64,000 nt of DNA from Candidatus Poriferisocius sp. (GCA_965208545.1 OZ242341.1:3492288-3556287); one strand, 5' to 3'. Shown: positions 52,710-62,682, counted from the first letter of the stretch. Notes: generated by a model from the letters alone, not told the origin. Made by a program: numbers and translations.

Positions 52710-53588
52710 TCAAGCCTGGAGCATTACCCGGTAGATCCGCTCCAAATCATCCAGGTCAGCAAACTGAATCACCAGTTTTCCCTGGCCCTTGCCGAGCGAC
52801 ACATCCACCTTGGTATCGAGATGATCGCTCAGCAGGCTCTCCAACTCCAGCACCGCCGCTCCCCTGTCGGCACCGCTGGCCCGCTGCGCCGGCCGCTTGG
52901 CCTTCTGGGCGGCTGGTGCCACGCCCCGGGCTGCTTCTTCCACCATCCGCACCGTCAGTCCGTCTGACACCGCCTTCTTGGCTAACGTGACCAAGCGCTT
53001 CTCATTGGCGATGCCAAGCAGGGCACGAGCGTGGCCGGCTGACAGCGAGCCGCTTATGACCATGGCCTTTACTTCGTCGGGGAGCTGCAAGAGACGCACC
53101 GTGTTGGCCACCGCCGATCGGCTGCGGCCCAGCCGCTTGGCCACGGTCTCCTGAGTGAAACCGAACTCATCCATCAACTGCTGGCAGGCAGCCGCTTCTT
53201 CGATGGCATTCAGGTCTTCTCGGTGCAAGTTCTCCAATAGGGCCTGCTCCAGGGCATCAGCGTCCTCTGCGGTGCGGACCACTGCGGGAATCCGGTCCAG
53301 CCCCGCCTGTCGGGCCGCTCGGCACCGCCGCTCTCCGGCGATCAACTCATATCTTCCGTCAACACTGGGTCGAACCAGTACGGGTTGAAGTACGCCGACC
53401 TCTCGGATGGACTCTGTCAGCACGTTCAGTGAGGCCTGATCGAACTTGTCTCGCGGTTGATAGGGATTCACCGCTATCGCATCAAGGGGTAGCTCCAAAT
53501 ACGACGCTGAGCGCACCCCTTCGGCTGGGGACGCGGAGTCGGAAATCAGAGCGCTGAGGCCCCTACCCAACCCGGGCGAGCGCGCCAT
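52710..53588 (-). CDS. parB: Chromosome partitioning protein ParB
   Basis: GLGRGLSALI N-terminal box, ParB box GERRCRAARQAGL, and HTH region. Confidence 0.95.
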   Translation of the reverse strand: MARSPGLGRGLSALISDSASPAEGVRSASYLELPLDAIAVNPYQPRDKFDQASLNVLTESIREVGVLQPVLVRPSVDGRYELIAGERRCRAARQAGLDRIPAVVRTAEDADALEQALLENLHREDLNAIEEAAACQQLMDEFGFTQETVAKRLGRSRSAVANTVRLLQLPDEVKAMVISGSLSAGHARALLGIANEKRLVTLAKKAVSDGLTVRMVEEAARGVAPAAQKAKRPAQRASGADRGAAVLELESLLSDHLDTKVDVSLGKGQGKLVIQFADLDDLERIYRVMLQA

Positions 53589-54369
53589 CAGCCACCTCCT
53601 TGGCCAGCTCGCGGTAAGCCAGTGCTCCCCGAGACCGAGGATGCGTAATGGTCACCGGAGCTCCGTACGATGGGGCCTCCGCCAAGCGGATGTTCCGGGG
53701 AATTATCTGATGGCAGACCTTGTCACCGAAATAGCTGCGGATCTCCGAGGCCACCTGGGCCGAAAGCTTGGTTCGGCCGTCGTACATGACCAGCACGATA
53801 AGGGAGATCTCTAGATCGCTGTTCAGGCTGCTGCGAACCAATTCGATGTTCCGCATGAGCTGCCCAAGGCCCTCCAGCGCGTAGTACTCGCACTGGATTG
53901 GAACCATCACCTCACGGGCAGCGGCCATGGCGTTGACAGTGAGCAACCCGAGTGAAGGAGGGCAGTCCACGAATACGAAATCGAATTCCCCGTACACCGT
54001 GGAGATAGCGTTGTCGAGTCTTCGCTCGCGGTTGAACGCAGGTACCAGCTCTATCTCGGCGCCGGCCAGATCCAGTGTGGACGGTGATACCCAGAGATTC
54101 TTGATCTGGGTGGCGACGATGCTGTCCCTCATGCTCCCGTTTTGCAGCAAGACGTCGTAGGTGGAAACACCGCCGGAAAATGGATCGATGCCCAATCCGG
54201 TCGTGGCATTGGCCTGCGGGTCTAAGTCGACCACGAGCACTCGGTGGCCGTTCTCGGCAAGGCAGGCCGAGAGGTTGACGGCGGTGGTGGTCTTGCCAAC
54301 ACCGCCCTTTTGGTTGGCAACCGCTATTACGCGGCATGGCCCAGACTGATTTGATTCCTGTAGGGACAT
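53563..54369 (-). CDS. parA: Chromosome partitioning ATPase ParA/Soj
   Basis: Deviant Walker A NQKGGVGKTTT, then VLVVDLDPQ. Confidence 0.95.
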   Translation of the reverse strand: MSLQESNQSGPCRVIAVANQKGGVGKTTTAVNLSACLAENGHRVLVVDLDPQANATTGLGIDPFSGGVSTYDVLLQNGSMRDSIVATQIKNLWVSPSTLDLAGAEIELVPAFNRERRLDNAISTVYGEFDFVFVDCPPSLGLLTVNAMAAAREVMVPIQCEYYALEGLGQLMRNIELVRSSLNSDLEISLIVLVMYDGRTKLSAQVASEIRSYFGDKVCHQIIPRNIRLAEAPSYGAPVTITHPRSRGALAYRELAKEVADGALARVG

Positions 54370-54416
54370 CCAGGCAATTGTCCCTCACCCTCAACCTCGT
54401 ATCAAGCACCCCTCGC

Positions 54417-54998
54417 TCAATGTTTCACATGAAACATCGGTGTTCGGGTGGCTCGGTGGAATCTTGGGGATGTGGAGGTGAGGTTGTCAGGGGATAGGCC
54501 GTGGTCAGAGAGAAGTTGAGAGGGCCAGGGGGCGGCGTCGGGGGCGGCGCTTACTATGAGTTCGCCGCCGATGCGGAGCAGGGGAGCAGCCGCTTGAATC
54601 ACCGACAACGGCGATCCGAAACTGCGGGCTGTTACAAGATCAGCCCGGGCCTGATACTGCTGGTCTTGACCGAGGACCTCGGCGCTGGCATGGACAACAG
54701 CAACACGTTCGGACCATCCCAACCGAGCACAGTGCAGCTCCAAGAAGGCAGCCCTGGGGAGCGAGGACTCCACCAGAGTCCAATTGGACTGGGGCCAGGC
54801 TGCGGCAAGAACCAGGGCAGGCAGCCCGCCTCCGCTCCCCAAGTCCACAGCCTTGTCGGGGACAGACGCGGCAGCCGCGGCAAAGCCCAGGGAGTGGTCG
54901 ATTTGTCGGTCGATTGCCTGAGGGCCAACCCACCCCCGCTCCTGGGCTTGGTCGAGAACCGCGGTCAGTCTCGTCCAGTCGGCGCTATCCAAGGGCAC
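54417..54998 (-). CDS. rsmG: 16S rRNA (guanine527-N7)-methyltransferase
   Basis: SAM motif VDLGSGGGLPALVLA and the conserved position between jag and parA. GTG start. Confidence 0.85.
   Translation of the reverse strand: MPLDSADWTRLTAVLDQAQERGWVGPQAIDRQIDHSLGFAAAAASVPDKAVDLGSGGGLPALVLAAAWPQSNWTLVESSLPRAAFLELHCARLGWSERVAVVHASAEVLGQDQQYQARADLVTARSFGSPLSVIQAAAPLLRIGGELIVSAAPDAAPWPSQLLSDHGLSPDNLTSTSPRFHRATRTPMFHVKH
54420..54435. promoter_or_regulatory. parS centromere-like site
   Basis: TGTTTCACATGAAACA matches the parS consensus TGTTTCACGTGAAACA at 15/16 positions. It lies inside the last codons of rsmG, just upstream of parA. Confidence 0.75.
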
Positions 54999-55001
54999 GG
55001 A

Positions 55002-55958
55002 TCAATCGGGAATGATCACGACCCAGCGACGAGGCTCTTGGCCCTCCGAGACGGTGCTAACTCCATCGATGTCGGCGACGACGTCGTGAACCACCTTGCG
55101 GTCCGCTGCATTCATGGGCTCGAGGGGCCGCTCCGTACCATTGTCCCGAACCTCAAGGGCGATCTTCTCGCAGAATGACTCGAGTGCGGCCCGGCGGCGC
55201 TCGCGATACCCGCCGATGTCGACCCGGATGCGACCTTCACAGTTGCCGTCCGACTTGCGTTGCACCAGCATCCGAGAAAGGTCCTCCACCGCCCGGAGCG
55301 TGTTGCCCTTGGGTCCGATGAGCAAACCCACCCCTTGAACATTTTCCACCCGCATTTCCATTGTCTCATCGTCGACGCTCTCGGCATAGACGTCGGCATC
55401 AAGTTCAAAGGCTTCCAACAGCCCATCGAGAAACTCAATTACCAGAGTGCTCTGCTCTTGCAAGCTCATCGCGTCTTCCATTGGTTTGCTCTCCCTCGCT
55501 TTTTTCCCCTCTGGGGCTTTTGGTGAACGATTCTTGCCAGCTCCGTCGTTGCTCTTGCCGGCATTCTCAGACTTCTTCTGCTCGCGTGGAGTCCTCTCTC
55601 CACCTTTTGGTTTCGAACTGCGATTCTGGCCCTTGCCGCCCTGGTTTCTGGCACCCTGGTTTCTGGCACCCTGGCTGGCCCGATTCTTATCTTGCCGCAG
55701 ATTACCCCGATCAGACTTGCGGTTTCTGCTCCGATCTCTGTTGTTGGGTCCGCGCCGATTCCGATCACGCCGTTCCCGAGGCATAACTGGCCGTACTCGA
55801 GCCCTGATCCGGGCTTCAGTTTTGCGAATACCCAGGAGCCCGGACTTGGGCTCGTCCACGACGGAGAACTCAGCTTCGCTACGGTCTACTCCTAGGCGGT
55901 CGAGAGCCGCCTCTTCGGCTTGGGCAATGGTCTTGCCGGTGACTTCTAGCCACTCCAT
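55002..55958 (-). CDS. jag: Jag/KhpB-type RNA-binding protein (Jag_N, KH, R3H) with a long basic low-complexity linker
   Basis: N-terminal MEWLEVTGKTIAQAEEAALDRLGV. The C-terminal KH/R3H region is LLIGPKGNTLRAVEDL and EPMNAADRKVVHDVV. The linker is Arg/Asn/Lys-rich. Confidence 0.85.
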   Translation of the reverse strand: MEWLEVTGKTIAQAEEAALDRLGVDRSEAEFSVVDEPKSGLLGIRKTEARIRARVRPVMPRERRDRNRRGPNNRDRSRNRKSDRGNLRQDKNRASQGARNQGARNQGGKGQNRSSKPKGGERTPREQKKSENAGKSNDGAGKNRSPKAPEGKKARESKPMEDAMSLQEQSTLVIEFLDGLLEAFELDADVYAESVDDETMEMRVENVQGVGLLIGPKGNTLRAVEDLSRMLVQRKSDGNCEGRIRVDIGGYRERRRAALESFCEKIALEVRDNGTERPLEPMNAADRKVVHDVVADIDGVSTVSEGQEPRRWVVIIPD

Positions 55959-55960
55959 GG

Positions 55961-57202
55961 CTACCTTCTCCTCTTCTTCCGCCGGCGCCGGCGATCAGTG
56001 GGATGTGACTGATGACCCTTTTGGGTAGTCCTGCTCGACTGGCGCTGAGCCGGCGATTGACTTGACGATTTAGCGCTGCCCGGCTTCGACCCCGAAGCCT
56101 TGGTTTCCTTGGCTCGCGTGTCTTTGGCCCGTGCTTCCTTCGCCTCTGTCTCTTTGGCGGTTCGCGGTGACGTTCGCGGCCCAGAAGATGCAGTCGTGGT
56201 GCGACGGCTGCCCGTGCGCCGCTTCGGCGGCGTCCGAGATGTGGGCCGGCGCGTGCCATGATCGGTTGCCGGGGCCCTTGATCGGGCTAGTGGACGAGGC
56301 TCTTCCTCGACTGGTTCGGGAGGCTCTTCTTCCTCCTCGTCCTCCTCGGCGCTTTCTATCAAGGCCTGGCGCTCCCGGTGTGGGTTGTAGATCCGATGGG
56401 TAATCACCGCTTGCTGGCCTACTCGAACAATGTTCGAGCTCACAAAGTACAAGTTCAGACCGGCGGGAAACCCAATGGAGATGATCGGCAAGAACCAGGG
56501 CATCACCTTCATGATCATCTGTTGCTGGGGGTTGATAGGAGTATCGGGATCGCGGCGCCCTGCTATCTGGCGCTGCTGGATATAGCTCGACACCCCGATC
56601 AGCACGATCAGCAGCAAGAAGGGGAGCGCGGTGGAAAAGGAATCTCGAAAGGCATCGGTGAGGCTGGCCGACAAATCCATCCCCAGAAAGTTCATCTCTG
56701 TGTCGTTTTCGAGCGCCATCCGCAGTTCAGAATCAGCTGCCAAATACTGGGGATTGAAAGTCCGCTCAGCAAAGTCAGGCGAAGAGGCAACCCCGCGATT
56801 ACGGGGCAGTGCGCCCCAACCTGCGTATGCCCCTAAGTCACTGATTCGCCGTGTCAATCCTTGGATTAGGCGGAAAAGGACGAAAAATACGGGTAGCTGA
56901 GCGAGGATGGGAAGGCAGCTCCCCAGAGGATTCACGTTGTTGGCCTGATACAGGCGCATCATCTCTTCGTTCATCCGCTGGCGGTCGCCTTGGTACTTGG
57001 CTTGGATTTTCTTGACCTGGGGCTGAAGGGTCTGCATTCGCAGCATGGACCGCGTCGTGTAAAACGTGAGAGGGGTGAGAACCAGCATCACCGTGAGCGT
57101 GAAAAGCATGATGGCGATGCCGTAGCTGTGGCCCAGGGTGTAATAGACGCCCAACAGCCATGCGAGTCCGTCGAAGAGACCGTCGAACACCGAGTCAAAC
57201 AC
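55961..57202 (-). CDS. yidC: Membrane protein insertase YidC
   Basis: The 60-kDa-IMP core is [55 protein letters not shown], with a basic Pro/Arg/Lys-rich C-terminal tail. Confidence 0.9.
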   Translation of the reverse strand: MFDSVFDGLFDGLAWLLGVYYTLGHSYGIAIMLFTLTVMLVLTPLTFYTTRSMLRMQTLQPQVKKIQAKYQGDRQRMNEEMMRLYQANNVNPLGSCLPILAQLPVFFVLFRLIQGLTRRISDLGAYAGWGALPRNRGVASSPDFAERTFNPQYLAADSELRMALENDTEMNFLGMDLSASLTDAFRDSFSTALPFLLLIVLIGVSSYIQQRQIAGRRDPDTPINPQQQMIMKVMPWFLPIISIGFPAGLNLYFVSSNIVRVGQQAVITHRIYNPHRERQALIESAEEDEEEEEPPEPVEEEPRPLARSRAPATDHGTRRPTSRTPPKRRTGSRRTTTASSGPRTSPRTAKETEAKEARAKDTRAKETKASGSKPGSAKSSSQSPAQRQSSRTTQKGHQSHPTDRRRRRKKRRR

Positions 57203-57494
57203 CCGACACCGCCTCGCTTGCTGTCGGATCTGGGGCTAGACGGCCGTTGGTGTCGGGCACCGGATCCCAGCCAGACGGGCCTCCGGGGCGGCACCGCAGC
57301 AGTCGACGCACGCTCAGCCAGACGCCCTTGGCCGCGCCGTGCACCTCCACCGCCTCCGCTGCGTAGTAGGAGCAACTCGGGACGTACCGACAGGGACTTG
57401 GGCGATGGTCGGTAGCCCGCTGATAAGCGGTAATGAGACTTCGCATGGCTCGGGCCGGTGTGCTCATCGCCGGGGTATCGCCCTGGTGGTTCAC
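57195..57494 (-). CDS. yidD: Membrane protein insertion efficiency factor YidD
   Basis: [36 protein letters not shown] matches the YidD signature. Confidence 0.85.
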   Translation of the reverse strand: MNHQGDTPAMSTPARAMRSLITAYQRATDHRPSPCRYVPSCSYYAAEAVEVHGAAKGVWLSVRRLLRCRPGGPSGWDPVPDTNGRLAPDPTASEAVSGV

Positions 57495-57844
57495 GGAACT
57501 AGTCTCGCCTTCCGATCCAACTCAGAAAAGCATGCCGCTAGAGAAACCCGCAGGTCAGCGAGGTTGGGTTGCCCAATTCCCCGTCGAGTGCCGATGAGGT
57601 AGAGGCCAGGAGTAAGCCCCCTTGGCGTCTCTCGATCCACTTCCCTTACCGCCTCGCGCAAACGCCGACGGATCTTGTTCCGAATCACCGCAGAACCCAG
57701 CCGTCGAGGCACCGCGTACGCAACCTGGGCCGCGCCGGCAGAGGGGTCGGGCAAATGCCTGACCCAGAGCAATCCGTCTTCCGCGCGATCTCCATCGGCA
57801 TGCAGCCGAGCGAACGTCGAACGTCCCCGAAGCCGCTCGATCAG
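57491..57844 (-). CDS. rnpA: Ribonuclease P protein component
   Basis: [22 protein letters not shown] is the RNR motif. The conserved N-terminal region ([13 protein letters not shown]) lies upstream of the ORF-track TTG at 57772, so the true start is probably a non-ATG codon near 57844 that overlaps the rpmH stop. Confidence 0.7.
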   Translation of the reverse strand: MIERLRGRSTFARLHADGDRAEDGLLWVRHLPDPSAGAAQVAYAVPRRLGSAVIRNKIRRRLREAVREVDRETPRGLTPGLYLIGTRRGIGQPNLADLRVSLAACFSELDRKARLVP

Positions 57845-57975
57845 GCCGACAGCCTTTTGCGGCCGCGGCGCCGACGAGCATTGATGATCGCCCGCCCGCC
57901 TCTAGTCGTCATTCGATGCCGAAATCCGTGACGCCGAGCCCGGCGTAGCACATTCGGCTGATACGTGCGCTTCAC
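57841..57975 (-). CDS. rpmH: 50S ribosomal protein L34
   Basis: Hand translation gives [44 protein letters not shown] (44 aa). GTG start, with GGAGGA 5 nt upstream. It is below the ORF-track cutoff. Confidence 0.9.
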   Translation of the reverse strand: MKRTYQPNVLRRARRHGFRHRMTTRGGRAIINARRRRGRKRLSA

Positions 57976-58270
57976 AACTTCCTCCAAGGCCGGGGTGGCA
58001 TCCTTTGGGACCGCCCTACAAGCGGCTCCCGTCTCCCGGCGTCCCCTCTACGCTACGGCCTGGCCCAGCACCACGACAACCAGTTGCCAACGGAGCCAAT
58101 TCACGTCCCACAACTACCACCTGAACGACAATGGCCACACCATCAACACAAGCCTCTGACCTGCGGGTATCCCCCGACCCGCCCGTGCACGAACGCAGAA
58201 GAGGTGCTACAGTCCTGAATTCCAGTCGAGGCGGTGCCAACTTGGTTGGGCATAGAAAATAGATCGCGGG

Positions 58271-58301
58271 TTATCCACAACTTATACACATATGTGGATA
58301 C
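58271..58301. promoter_or_regulatory. DnaA-box cluster upstream of dnaA
   Basis: TTATCCACA (58271-58279, perfect E. coli-type box), TTATACACA (58282-58290, one mismatch) and an inverted box TGTGGATAC (58293-58301), followed by AT-rich CATTATTATTTTGG. Confidence 0.7.
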
Positions 58302-58332
58302 CACACATTATTATTTTGGAGTTACCACCAAA

Positions 58333-59712
58333 ATGGTGTCAGCAACTGTTCTCTGGTCCTCATGCGCCAACAGCATTCGTACTCAAGTCCCCGACGCCGT
58401 CTGGCAGTCGACGTTTAATCCAGCAAAACCAACGTCCCTTGAAGAAGATGTTCTGGAACTAACGGTTCCGAATACAATCATCAAGGACCGCCTTGAGGGC
58501 GAATATTTCGAGGTCTTGAGAGACGCACTTGCCAGTTCAAACGCCACACACATCACCCTAAAGATCTCCACTGAACAAGACACGACCAGTGAAGATCTGC
58601 ATGTTGCCGTCTCCTCTCCACCGGTAGCACTTCCCGAAGTCGATAGCCCCAAGCCAGTCAGTCGAACCAACAACGCCCTTCATCCCAACTATGTTTTTGA
58701 CAAATTCGTTACCGGCCCCTCTAACCGGTTTGCCCTGGCAGCCGCCTTATCCGTAGCCGAAACCCCTGGTAAGTCGTATAATCCCTTGTTCATTCATGGC
58801 CATGCCGGCCTCGGCAAGACCCACCTTCTCCAAGCAATCGGCCACTACGTGAAGAGCCACTACGTCGATGATCAAAGGCACCCAATTAAGCGCATCGTCT
58901 ATGTTTCAACGGAGACCTTCCTTAATCAGTTCGTTGACGCGATTCGGACGAATACCCGCAGCGATTTCAAGAAGATCTATAGGGAAGTTGACGTTCTCCT
59001 AGTTGACGACATTCAATTCCTTGAAGGAAAAGAGGGCCTGCAGGAAGAATTCTTTCATACTTTCAACTCACTACATGAAGTAAACAAGCAAATAGTTCTA
59101 ACCAGTGACCGTCCACCAGACGCTATTCCGACCCTTGAAGACCGCATGACCAGTCGCTTCAAGATGGGACTTTTGACTGACATCCAACCTCCAGATATCG
59201 AAACTCGGCTTGCAATTCTGCGAAAAAAGGCTGAGCAATCGAATTTCGTGCTCGACGATGAAGTGCTTACCTTTATCGCAAGCAATATCAAGGACAACAT
59301 TCGAGAACTTGAGGGAGCTCTAACTCGGGTTACGGCATACGCCAGCTTCAACGACAGGTACTTGGATCTTGAACTGGCCAAGTACGTCCTCCGAGACATA
59401 ACCGCCCGTCGAGAGCCGCAGCCGGTCACTGCTGATGTCATCTTGAATGCCACAGCCGATCTCTTCGGTTTTCACGTCGAGGACATAGTGGGGCCGCGGC
59501 GGCAGCGACCTCTGGTGAAGGCCCGCCAAGTATCCATGTACGTCTTTCGGGAGCTGACAGAACTGAGCTACCCGGATATAGCGCGGGCCTTCGGGGGGCG
59601 CGATCACACCACAGCGATTCACGCGGTGCAGAAAATCACGAAGCAAATGGCCGAGCAGCCCGAGACTTTCAATCAAATCACCGAGCTGATTCAGAGAATC
59701 AAGAATGCGTGA
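58333..59712 (+). CDS. dnaA: Chromosomal replication initiator DnaA
   Basis: AAA+ Walker A GHAGLGKTHLLQA, Walker B LLVDDIQFL, and C-terminal DNA-binding domain ELSYPDIARAFGGRDHTTAIHAVQKI. Start chosen at ATG 58333. Confidence 0.95.
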   Translation: MVSATVLWSSCANSIRTQVPDAVWQSTFNPAKPTSLEEDVLELTVPNTIIKDRLEGEYFEVLRDALASSNATHITLKISTEQDTTSEDLHVAVSSPPVALPEVDSPKPVSRTNNALHPNYVFDKFVTGPSNRFALAAALSVAETPGKSYNPLFIHGHAGLGKTHLLQAIGHYVKSHYVDDQRHPIKRIVYVSTETFLNQFVDAIRTNTRSDFKKIYREVDVLLVDDIQFLEGKEGLQEEFFHTFNSLHEVNKQIVLTSDRPPDAIPTLEDRMTSRFKMGLLTDIQPPDIETRLAILRKKAEQSNFVLDDEVLTFIASNIKDNIRELEGALTRVTAYASFNDRYLDLELAKYVLRDITARREPQPVTADVILNATADLFGFHVEDIVGPRRQRPLVKARQVSMYVFRELTELSYPDIARAFGGRDHTTAIHAVQKITKQMAEQPETFNQITELIQRIKNA

Positions 59713-59954
59713 GCCGCCGTCCTGGGGATCGGTAGGGGATCTACGTGGGGATGAATCCCGTTTTGCTGGGGACGGGTGGGACTCCATCCCCAGCAATTCG
59801 GCGAACACCGCGTACAATCCACTTGCCTGGGGAAAGCGCGGGTGCACATAACTATCGGCTGACCAGGGGAAATGACATGTTTCCACATTTCCACCGGCCT
59901 ACTGCTAACAGCAGTAATTTAATTAACTACTACAGGTAAGAAAGCGAGAGCCCT
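59713..59954. other. Probable oriC (dnaA-dnaN spacer)
   Basis: Tandem DnaA-box-like TTTCCACA (59880-59887) and TTTCCACC (59888-59895). An AT-rich stretch AGTAATTTAATTAACTACTAC (59912-59932) is a DUE candidate. Seven WGGGGAW heptamers lie in 59723-59871. Confidence 0.6.
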
Positions 59955-61049
59955 GTGAAATTCCGATGCGAGCGAGACGCCCTCCTCGAGGCTTTGTCGT
60001 CAACCGGTAGAGCAGCGGGTACTCGCGGGGGATTCCAGTTGGTGCTGTCCGGGGTATACATGTCGCTGGCCGGCGACGAGTTGACGTTGACGGCGACCGA
60101 TCGGGAATTGACAATCACGGTGCAACTAACAGTCGCGGGAGGCGGCGACGGTGACGCGGTGGTGACTGCTCGGCTGGCTGGCGATGTCGTCCGGTCTCTT
60201 GACGCCGGTGCGGTGAATGTGGAAGTTGACGAGGACGGCATCCACATTGATTCCGCTCGCTCCAAATTCTCCCTGCAAACCATGGGAGTGGAGGACTTCC
60301 CCCAGATCGCCTCTCTAGAGGGGGATCCTGTGGTGTTGGAGGCGGAAGCCTTGTTGACCGCGCTACGCCAGGTTGTGAAAGCGGCGTCGGCAGATGAGTC
60401 CCGGCCGGTTTTGACGGGGGTGTTGTTGTCGGCGGAGCAAGAAGGCCTTCGCCTGGTCACCACAGATTCCTACCGCTTGGCGCTGTGTGACTTACCCGGT
60501 TTGGAGGTGCTCGGTTCTGACCAGAGTGTGCTGGTCCCTTCCAGGGCGTTGCATGAGGTGATTCGACTGCTGGGGGACGTTGAACAAGTGAGCGTTCGCT
60601 TCAGTGAACGGGAGGCATCGTTCACTCTGGGAGCGGTAACGGTTACCACGCGGCTGATTGAAGGGGAGTTCCCCAGTTATCAGGGATTGATCCCGAGCCA
60701 TCAGCCGAACCGCCTCACCGTGAGCACCGAGGCCTTCATTAGCGCGGTGAAGAGGGTTCGCCTGATGGCTCAGGACTCGACCCCGATTCGATTGGACATG
60801 TCAAGTACTGGGCTTGAACTATCGGCTACGACGCAAGACGTGGGTGAAGCCAGAGAGCAGCTGGACGCGGCGTTCGAAGGCGAAGATCTGACCGTGGCGT
60901 TCAATCCCGAGTACTTGCTCGACGGCGCGGAGGCCGCACCCGGTGAGGAGATTGTGCTGAACACGGTTGACGCGTTGAAGCCGGCGGTAATCCGAACACC
61001 GGATTCCGAAGAGTTCCTGTACTTGTTGATGCCCGTACGCATCAATTGA
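59955..61049 (+). CDS. dnaN: DNA polymerase III beta sliding clamp
   Basis: MKFRCERDALLEAL..., central LTGVLL...LRLVTTDSYRLA, C-terminal FLYLLMPVRI. GTG start. Confidence 0.95.
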   Translation: MKFRCERDALLEALSSTGRAAGTRGGFQLVLSGVYMSLAGDELTLTATDRELTITVQLTVAGGGDGDAVVTARLAGDVVRSLDAGAVNVEVDEDGIHIDSARSKFSLQTMGVEDFPQIASLEGDPVVLEAEALLTALRQVVKAASADESRPVLTGVLLSAEQEGLRLVTTDSYRLALCDLPGLEVLGSDQSVLVPSRALHEVIRLLGDVEQVSVRFSEREASFTLGAVTVTTRLIEGEFPSYQGLIPSHQPNRLTVSTEAFISAVKRVRLMAQDSTPIRLDMSSTGLELSATTQDVGEAREQLDAAFEGEDLTVAFNPEYLLDGAEAAPGEEIVLNTVDALKPAVIRTPDSEEFLYLLMPVRIN

Positions 61050-61056
61050 GCAGGGT

Positions 61057-62142
61057 GTGCGGCTCCAACGCCTCTGGCTAGCGGATTTTCGCAATTATTC
61101 GCAGCTCGAATTGGAGTTTCCCGCAGGCACAAACCTGATTGTGGGGTCCAATGGAGAAGGCAAGACCAACCTGTTGGAAGCGGTCTTCTATCTCGCCACG
61201 ATGACGTCGTTTCGTGTCACCTCCACTGAATCGCTGATCCGCACCGGCGCGGAGGCCTCCGGTGCGGTGGCGAGGAGCGAGATGAGGGTTGATGAAAGGG
61301 AAATTCTCTTTGAGGCCGCGTTGAAGTCGACGGGGCGCTCGCAGTTCCAGGTGAACCGCCAGAGGGTCCGCCGGAGAGACCTGCTGGGCTTGGCCCCAGT
61401 ATCGATCTTCATGCCGGACGACTTAGTCCTGCTCAAGGGGGGACCCGGAGAGCGGCGTCGCTTCCTCGACAGCGCGCTGGGCCAGATCGACCCCCGGCTC
61501 GACGCCGCGAGGTCGGACACCGAAAACATCCTGCGCCAGCGGAATGCTCTGCTTCGACAAGCCGGCGTACGTCTCAGCTCCGACGCAGCCGTGACGTTGG
61601 ATGTTTGGGACGAGAAACTCGCCGAAGTGGGGGAGCGCTTGGCTACGGCCCGAAGGAGCCTGGTGGCAGAGCTCAGCGTCGGGGTGGAATCGGCTTACGG
61701 TGAAATCGCCGGCCAGGTAACGCCGGTGGGTCTGGTATACGAGTCGACATGGCCGGCGGGCGAGCTGAAGGAGACGCTGAGCCAAGTCCGCAGTGAGGAC
61801 CTGCGTCGGGGGGCGACGACAGTGGGGCCCCATCGCGACGATATGTCTGTGGTTTTGGATGGAAGGCCGGCCCGCACCCACGCCTCTCAGGGTGAGCAGC
61901 GAACCCTGGCCTTGGCGTTGCGCCTAGCCGTACACCGGGAGCTGGAGAGGGCTACCGGCCAGTCTCCGTTGCTGCTGTTGGACGACGTGTTCTCCGAATT
62001 GGATCCTCAGCGGTCGCGCGGCGTGCTGGGTGCGTTGCAATCCGAGCAGACCCTTCTGACGACGGCGGGCGCGCTGCCCGGGGACATCGACTACACCGCC
62101 CGATTTCGGGTGACAGCTGGTCGAGTCGAGCGCGAAGAGTAA
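61057..62142 (+). CDS. recF: DNA replication/repair protein RecF
   Basis: Walker A GSNGEGKTNLLEA, signature ASQGEQRTLALALRLA, Walker B LLLLDDVFSELD. Confidence 0.95.
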   Translation: MRLQRLWLADFRNYSQLELEFPAGTNLIVGSNGEGKTNLLEAVFYLATMTSFRVTSTESLIRTGAEASGAVARSEMRVDEREILFEAALKSTGRSQFQVNRQRVRRRDLLGLAPVSIFMPDDLVLLKGGPGERRRFLDSALGQIDPRLDAARSDTENILRQRNALLRQAGVRLSSDAAVTLDVWDEKLAEVGERLATARRSLVAELSVGVESAYGEIAGQVTPVGLVYESTWPAGELKETLSQVRSEDLRRGATTVGPHRDDMSVVLDGRPARTHASQGEQRTLALALRLAVHRELERATGQSPLLLLDDVFSELDPQRSRGVLGALQSEQTLLTTAGALPGDIDYTARFRVTAGRVEREE

Positions 62143-62184
62143 GTCTCGGTTATCGAGGCCGCCCGGTGAAGGCAAACTAGGACT

Positions 62185-62502
62185 ATGGGGTGGGAACCGC
62201 TGAGCAAGTCATCGGGACCGAAGCGGCTGAAGGAAGCTCTTGATCGACTGGCATCAGGGTTGAAGGCCCCGCGGTCCCAAGTCTTGAGCATGGTCTTCGA
62301 CTCTTGGGAAGGGCTGGTTGGCTCGGTTATGGCTGCCCATTCTTCGCCGGTGCGACTGGTCGACGGCGAATTGGTAGTGGCGGTGGACGACCCCGCTTGG
62401 GCCACCGAGATGAAGTTTTTCAGCGCTGAGCTCATCAGCCGGATCAACGCCGCGGCCGAGGAGGAGGCGGTCACTTCCCTGACGGTAAGAGTCCGCCCCT
62501 GA
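62185..62502 (+). CDS. DUF721 (DciA-like) protein
   Basis: 105 aa between recF and gyrB. W..LVG..MA.HS.PVRL.DGELVV.VD.PAWATE fits the DUF721 pattern. Confidence 0.7.
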   Translation: MGWEPLSKSSGPKRLKEALDRLASGLKAPRSQVLSMVFDSWEGLVGSVMAAHSSPVRLVDGELVVAVDDPAWATEMKFFSAELISRINAAAEEEAVTSLTVRVRP

Positions 62503-62682
62503 TGACGGCTGCCGGAGGCCGGTAAACGGCTCTCCGGTGAGTCAATTAGGCCCGAAAAACTGGTAGAATTTCACTATCGGAGGCAGCGCATTTGGCCGAC
62601 TTGCCCGCGAGGCGAACGGTTCGGCGAGAGCGTCTGCCCAACCCCCCACAAGGCCCGTCTACCAGGGCAGAAAAGCCAGGTC

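Noticed and set aside
55641-55670. 2 x 15-bp tandem repeat (CTGGTTTCTGGCACC), and other short repeats checked as possible CRISPR or VNTR
   Set aside because: It lies inside the jag linker and encodes ARNQGARNQG, so it is low-complexity coding sequence. No CRISPR-like repeat-spacer array was seen anywhere in the window.
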